From: an uncultured Bacteroidota bacterium
Lineage (GTDB): Bacteria > Bacteroidota > Bacteroidia > Flavobacteriales > Flavobacteriaceae
Direction: 5' to 3'
Assembly (NCBI GenBank): GCA_902626585.1
Contig: CACOGA010000006.1
Coordinates: 14,155-78,154 of the forward strand
DNA length: 64,000 nt
A program made the translations under genes and the position numbers. The notes below the pieces were generated by a model. It was not told the origin of the DNA. It saw nothing but the letters and a program-made list of their open reading frames with translations, and searched no databases. Shown piece by piece: positions 59,962 through 64,000 of this stretch. The stretch's first letter is position 1, and every line of letters starts with the position of its first letter.

Positions 59962-61782
59962 ATGCCTAAAAACTCAATTTCAGACATTTTAAAAAATCTC
60001 ACCCAATCTCCAGGTGTGTATAAATTTCTGGATTCATCTAATAATGTTATCTACATTGGTAAAGCCAAAAATTTAAGAAATAGAGTAAGATCGTATTTTA
60101 CAGGTAAAAAATCAGACGAAAAAACTAGGTCCCTAGTTTCAAACATTAATGATATTTCTGTTATTCTTGTTGACACAGAATCTGACGCCCTTCTGCTCGA
60201 AAATAATTTAATTAAGAAATTTAAGCCCAAATACAATATCCTGCTAAAGGACGGGAAATCATATCCCTGGATTTGTATTAAGAAGGAGAGGTTCCCAAGA
60301 ATTTTTCTAACCAGAAAAATAATTAATGATGGGTCTGATTATTTCGGTCCCTATACTAATATCAAGACAATAAATACTTTATTGGATTTAATAAATAATA
60401 TATATCCAATCAGAAAAACAAACTACAATTTAAATCAAAAGATTATTAATGATCCTCAGGTCAAATTATCACTGAGGGTTCTTCAAAAAAACGGACACTT
60501 TATTATACTTGGCTTTGAAAAAGATGATTTCTCTTCCAAAGATTTAATATCAGAATATAAATATGACAAAATAATTATGTCAGTTAAAAATATTTTGAAG
60601 GGAAAATTTTCAAAATCTAAAGCACAATTAAAAGAACAAATGGAATCTTTTTCGGATTTAGAGGAATATGAAAAAGCAGACGAATGCAAATTGAAACTAA
60701 AAGCATTAGAAAATTATCAATCAAAATCAATGGTCGTAAGTTCAAAGATTAGGGATTTGGATATTTATTCTATCATTTCAGATGAAAATTTTGCATATAT
60801 CAATTTTACCCAGATTGCTAATGGTTTTATAATTAGTTCATTCAATACTCATGTTAAGAAGTCTAATGTCACAGAAGATAAAATAATTTTAGAACAACTT
60901 ATTTCTCAGATTAAGGTTAAGTTTTTGTCCAAATCAAAAGAAATGTGTTCAAATATATTTATTGAGTCCTTGGATTACAAAAAAACCTCTGTTCCTGCTG
61001 TTGGTGAAAAAAAACATCTTGTCGATATGTCAATTAGGAATATTAAAAACTATAAGATAAACTTCTTTAAATCCAAATTAGATTCTCAATCGGATAATAA
61101 TTCTAGCAGGGTTTTAAAAACATTACAAAAGGACTTAAATATGAATTGTTTACCTGAACATATTGAGTGTTTTGATAATTCTAATTTTCAAGGAACATTT
61201 CCATCTTCTGCTTGTGTTGTTTTCAGAAATGGTAAACCTTCAAAAAAAGATTACAGACATTTTAATATAAGGTCAGTTTCAGGACCCGATGACTTTGCCT
61301 CTATGAGAGAGGTTGTATATAGGAGATATGCTAGGTTATTAAATGAAAATAAAGGTCTACCAAACCTAGTAATTATTGATGGAGGTAAGGGGCAGCTTTC
61401 ATCGTCAGTAGGTTCGTTAAAAGAATTGGGTATTTATAATGATATAACTGTTATTGGTATTGCTAAAAGATTGGAAGAAATATACTTTTATGGAGAAAGC
61501 ACACCAATTTTCATTGACAAAAAATCAGAGTCACTTAAATTAATTCAAAAACTTAGGGATGAGGCACATAGATTTAGTTTAAGGCAATATAGAAATAGAA
61601 GAGACAATCAATTTATAGATTCAGAGCTAGTAAATATTGAAGGAATTGGAGAAAAAACAGCTTTGAATTTAATGAAGAAATTTAAGTCGGTTAAAAATAT
61701 AAAATCTAGAAATTTAGCTGATTTAAAAAGCGCCATAGGTGATAAAAAAGGAACGATTATTTTCAATTACTTTAATAAATAA
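59962..61782 (+). CDS. uvrC: excinuclease ABC subunit C
   Basis: 606 aa with GIY-YIG PGVYKFLDSSNNVIYIGKAKNLRNRV, a UVR domain and a C-terminal HhH. Confidence 0.95.
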   Translation: MPKNSISDILKNLTQSPGVYKFLDSSNNVIYIGKAKNLRNRVRSYFTGKKSDEKTRSLVSNINDISVILVDTESDALLLENNLIKKFKPKYNILLKDGKSYPWICIKKERFPRIFLTRKIINDGSDYFGPYTNIKTINTLLDLINNIYPIRKTNYNLNQKIINDPQVKLSLRVLQKNGHFIILGFEKDDFSSKDLISEYKYDKIIMSVKNILKGKFSKSKAQLKEQMESFSDLEEYEKADECKLKLKALENYQSKSMVVSSKIRDLDIYSIISDENFAYINFTQIANGFIISSFNTHVKKSNVTEDKIILEQLISQIKVKFLSKSKEMCSNIFIESLDYKKTSVPAVGEKKHLVDMSIRNIKNYKINFFKSKLDSQSDNNSSRVLKTLQKDLNMNCLPEHIECFDNSNFQGTFPSSACVVFRNGKPSKKDYRHFNIRSVSGPDDFASMREVVYRRYARLLNENKGLPNLVIIDGGKGQLSSSVGSLKELGIYNDITVIGIAKRLEEIYFYGESTPIFIDKKSESLKLIQKLRDEAHRFSLRQYRNRRDNQFIDSELVNIEGIGEKTALNLMKKFKSVKNIKSRNLADLKSAIGDKKGTIIFNYFNK

Positions 61783-62550
61783 ATGAGATACTATTTTTTG
61801 ATATTCCTATTCTTTAATTTTTCAAATGCCCAAACTGATATGGCTTTCAAAAATGGTGAATGGTTTAAATATAAACTTTCATACAGTGGATGGTTCAAAG
61901 CAGGTGAAGCTACCGTGAATTTAATTGATGCTGTAAATAATGATGAATTATTTCATGCTAAGATGATTGGTAAAAGTACAGGCCCTGTTAATTTATTCTT
62001 CAAAGTTTACGACAGGTATGAGAGTTATTTTGATAAAAAAAGAATTCAGCCTTACAGATTCTTGAGGGATATAAATGAGGGAGGATACACTAAAAATATC
62101 GAAATACTTTTCAATCAAAATACTAAAGTTGCAAAGGTTAATAATTTAAAAAATAAAAACTCTAATAATTTTTCATTTAAAGAAGACTCACAAGACATGG
62201 TTTCGGTATTTTATTATTTGAGAAATTTTTTTACTGTTAATGATTTGGATGAAAATAATGAGACAGTGATTAACATGTTCTTTGATTCAGAAAACTATGA
62301 ATTAAAAATTAGGTATTTGTCAACTGAAATAATAAATACTAATTTTGGAAAGATTTTATGTCATAAAATTAAGCCTTATGTTCAGTCTGGAAGAGTATTT
62401 AAAAAAGATGAAAGCTTAACAATGTGGATAAGTGCTGATAAAAACAGAATACCAATGAGAATTAAAGCTGATTTATTGGTTGGATCGATAAGAGTTGATT
62501 TAGAGACTTTTAGTAATCTAAATCACCCTTTTGAAATTAAATTTGATTAA
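61783..62550 (+). CDS. DUF3108-like secreted protein
   Basis: 255 aa with a signal peptide. GEWFKYKLSYSGWFKAGEATVNL resembles the DUF3108 N-terminus. Confidence 0.55.
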   Translation: MRYYFLIFLFFNFSNAQTDMAFKNGEWFKYKLSYSGWFKAGEATVNLIDAVNNDELFHAKMIGKSTGPVNLFFKVYDRYESYFDKKRIQPYRFLRDINEGGYTKNIEILFNQNTKVAKVNNLKNKNSNNFSFKEDSQDMVSVFYYLRNFFTVNDLDENNETVINMFFDSENYELKIRYLSTEIINTNFGKILCHKIKPYVQSGRVFKKDESLTMWISADKNRIPMRIKADLLVGSIRVDLETFSNLNHPFEIKFD

Positions 62551-63807
62551 ATGAAAAAGTTGGTAAAACTTTTATTTCTTGCCTTAATTCTAACAGCTAT
62601 TATTTTTTCATTTTATTATTCCTTCAACTGGATTTATAATAAAAATTTTGATGGTGAAACTTTTACTGAAGAAAAACAAAACATTGAATTTGGTTTAAAT
62701 CTTGACGATTTTAAAGTTCAAAGAGATACAATAAGGTTTGGAGATAGTTTTGGTGAGATAATGTTAAGAAATAAACTTTCTTACTCAGAAATTTATAATA
62801 TAGTTCAGGGTATCAAGGATTCATTTGATGTAAGGTGGCTTACCACTGGAAAACCCTATACAATTCTTTCAACCAAGGATAGTCTAACTCAACCCCAGTA
62901 TTTTATTTATCAGCCAAATCGTCTTAATTATGTTGTAATTGATTTTTCAAATTTTGATTCTATCAAAGCATATAACAAAAAGAAACCATTTAAAATTGTC
63001 AAAAAAACTACATCAGGTGTTATAAGCAATAGTTTATCAGAAACAATGGATGCAAATGGTTTGCCTTGGGAGTTGATAAATCAACTTTCTGATATTTATG
63101 CTTGGACCATAGATTTTACAAGAATTCAAAAAGGTGATAGATTTAAAATAATTTACAATGAAAGATATATAGAAGACACATTACTTGTTGGAATAAAAAG
63201 TATAGATGCTGCATATTTTTTACATAATGGGGAGGAATTATACGCTTATAATTTTAAAACAGATTCGATGAAACAAACACCTGAGTTTTTTGATCAAGAT
63301 GGGAAAAGCCTACAGAGAACTTTTCTAAAATCGCCCGTAAGATTTAGTAATATTTCGTCAAGGTATAATTTGAAGAGAAGAATTGCTTATTATGGTAACA
63401 GGGTAAGACCTCATAAAGGAACTGACTTTGCTGCCCCAACAGGGACTCCAATAATGGCGACAGCTGATGGGAGGGTTGAAAAATCTTCATATACAAGATC
63501 AAATGGATATTATGTAAAAATCAAGCACAATAATACATACTCTACTCAATACTTGCACATGCAAAAAAATGGAAGGGTAAAAAAAGGTCAATATGTAAAA
63601 CAGGGGGATGTTATCGGTAGAATTGGTATGACAGGCAATACATCTGGTCCACACGTTTGCTACAGGTTTTGGAAAAATAATCGTCAAGTTGATCCTTTCA
63701 AACAAAAATTACCTCCGGGCAAACCTGTACCTTCAGAATTAAAAGCTAATTTTGACGTATATAAATTTCCATTAGAGGAAAAACTTAATCAAATAAACTT
63801 TGAGTAA
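62551..63807 (+). CDS. M23-family metallopeptidase (membrane-anchored)
   Basis: 418 aa with an N-terminal TM and PHKGTDFAAPTGTPI (HxxxD). The second motif reads GPHVCYRF (HxC instead of HxH). Confidence 0.85.
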   Translation: MKKLVKLLFLALILTAIIFSFYYSFNWIYNKNFDGETFTEEKQNIEFGLNLDDFKVQRDTIRFGDSFGEIMLRNKLSYSEIYNIVQGIKDSFDVRWLTTGKPYTILSTKDSLTQPQYFIYQPNRLNYVVIDFSNFDSIKAYNKKKPFKIVKKTTSGVISNSLSETMDANGLPWELINQLSDIYAWTIDFTRIQKGDRFKIIYNERYIEDTLLVGIKSIDAAYFLHNGEELYAYNFKTDSMKQTPEFFDQDGKSLQRTFLKSPVRFSNISSRYNLKRRIAYYGNRVRPHKGTDFAAPTGTPIMATADGRVEKSSYTRSNGYYVKIKHNNTYSTQYLHMQKNGRVKKGQYVKQGDVIGRIGMTGNTSGPHVCYRFWKNNRQVDPFKQKLPPGKPVPSELKANFDVYKFPLEEKLNQINFE

Positions 63808-64000
63808 ATGTCATTAAAATCTATAAATCCAACCAAAACTAAAACTTGGTCAAAATTAAAAGACCATTTTAATGACATTAAAGATATTCATATACATGAT
63901 CACTTCATCTCCGAAAGCGATAGGTCCAAGCAGTTTAGTATATGCTTGGATAATTTTCATTTTGATTTTTCCAAAAATAAAATTACTTCAAAAACAATAT
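63808..64000 (+). CDS. pgi: glucose-6-phosphate isomerase, N-terminal fragment (3' end outside window)
   Basis: ATG at 63808 immediately after the M23 stop. MSLKSINPTKTKTWSKLKDHFNDIKD...SKQFS resembles the Pgi N-terminus. Confidence 0.7.
   Translation, partial: MSLKSINPTKTKTWSKLKDHFNDIKDIHIHDHFISESDRSKQFSICLDNFHFDFSKNKITSKTI

Overview
This 64-kb window is very AT-rich (about 30% GC by eye) and almost fully coding. It reads as core chromosome of a streamlined Flavobacteriia-type Bacteroidota genome. Four things support that lineage: a T9SS C-terminal sorting domain protein, a full Bat (MoxR/DUF58/VWA/TPR) operon, several TonB-dependent receptors with CarboxypepD_reg-like N-termini, and the glmS / DUF4270 / short glgA-like / panC gene order.

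I call about 55 protein genes, mostly housekeeping:
- Metabolism: pyk, gdhA, glmS, panCD, gpsA, nadD, gmk.
- Translation: pheS, ileS.
- DNA repair: recO, recX, uvrC, umuCD, radA.
- Energy: atpDC.

I found no rRNA, tRNA, CRISPR array, transposase, integrase, phage gene or recognisable defence system. No intergenic gap exceeds about 225 bp.

I do not see a convincing new multi-gene system. The best candidates for a second look are:
1. A compositionally distinct, probably very highly expressed TonB-dependent receptor + lipoprotein operon (35.4-39.7 kb). Its lipoprotein looks SGNH-hydrolase-like but lacks the nucleophile Ser.
2. radA, which is split by a +1 frameshift inside a run of 9 G.
3. An extended 10-gene Bat operon with an internal BatD paralogue, a perfect 30-bp coding tandem repeat in BatC, and an appended small gene.
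4. A umuC-umuD cassette in inverted order.
5. A perfect 11-bp inverted repeat overlapping a candidate pheS promoter.

All family assignments rest on motif recognition by eye. No database search was run.
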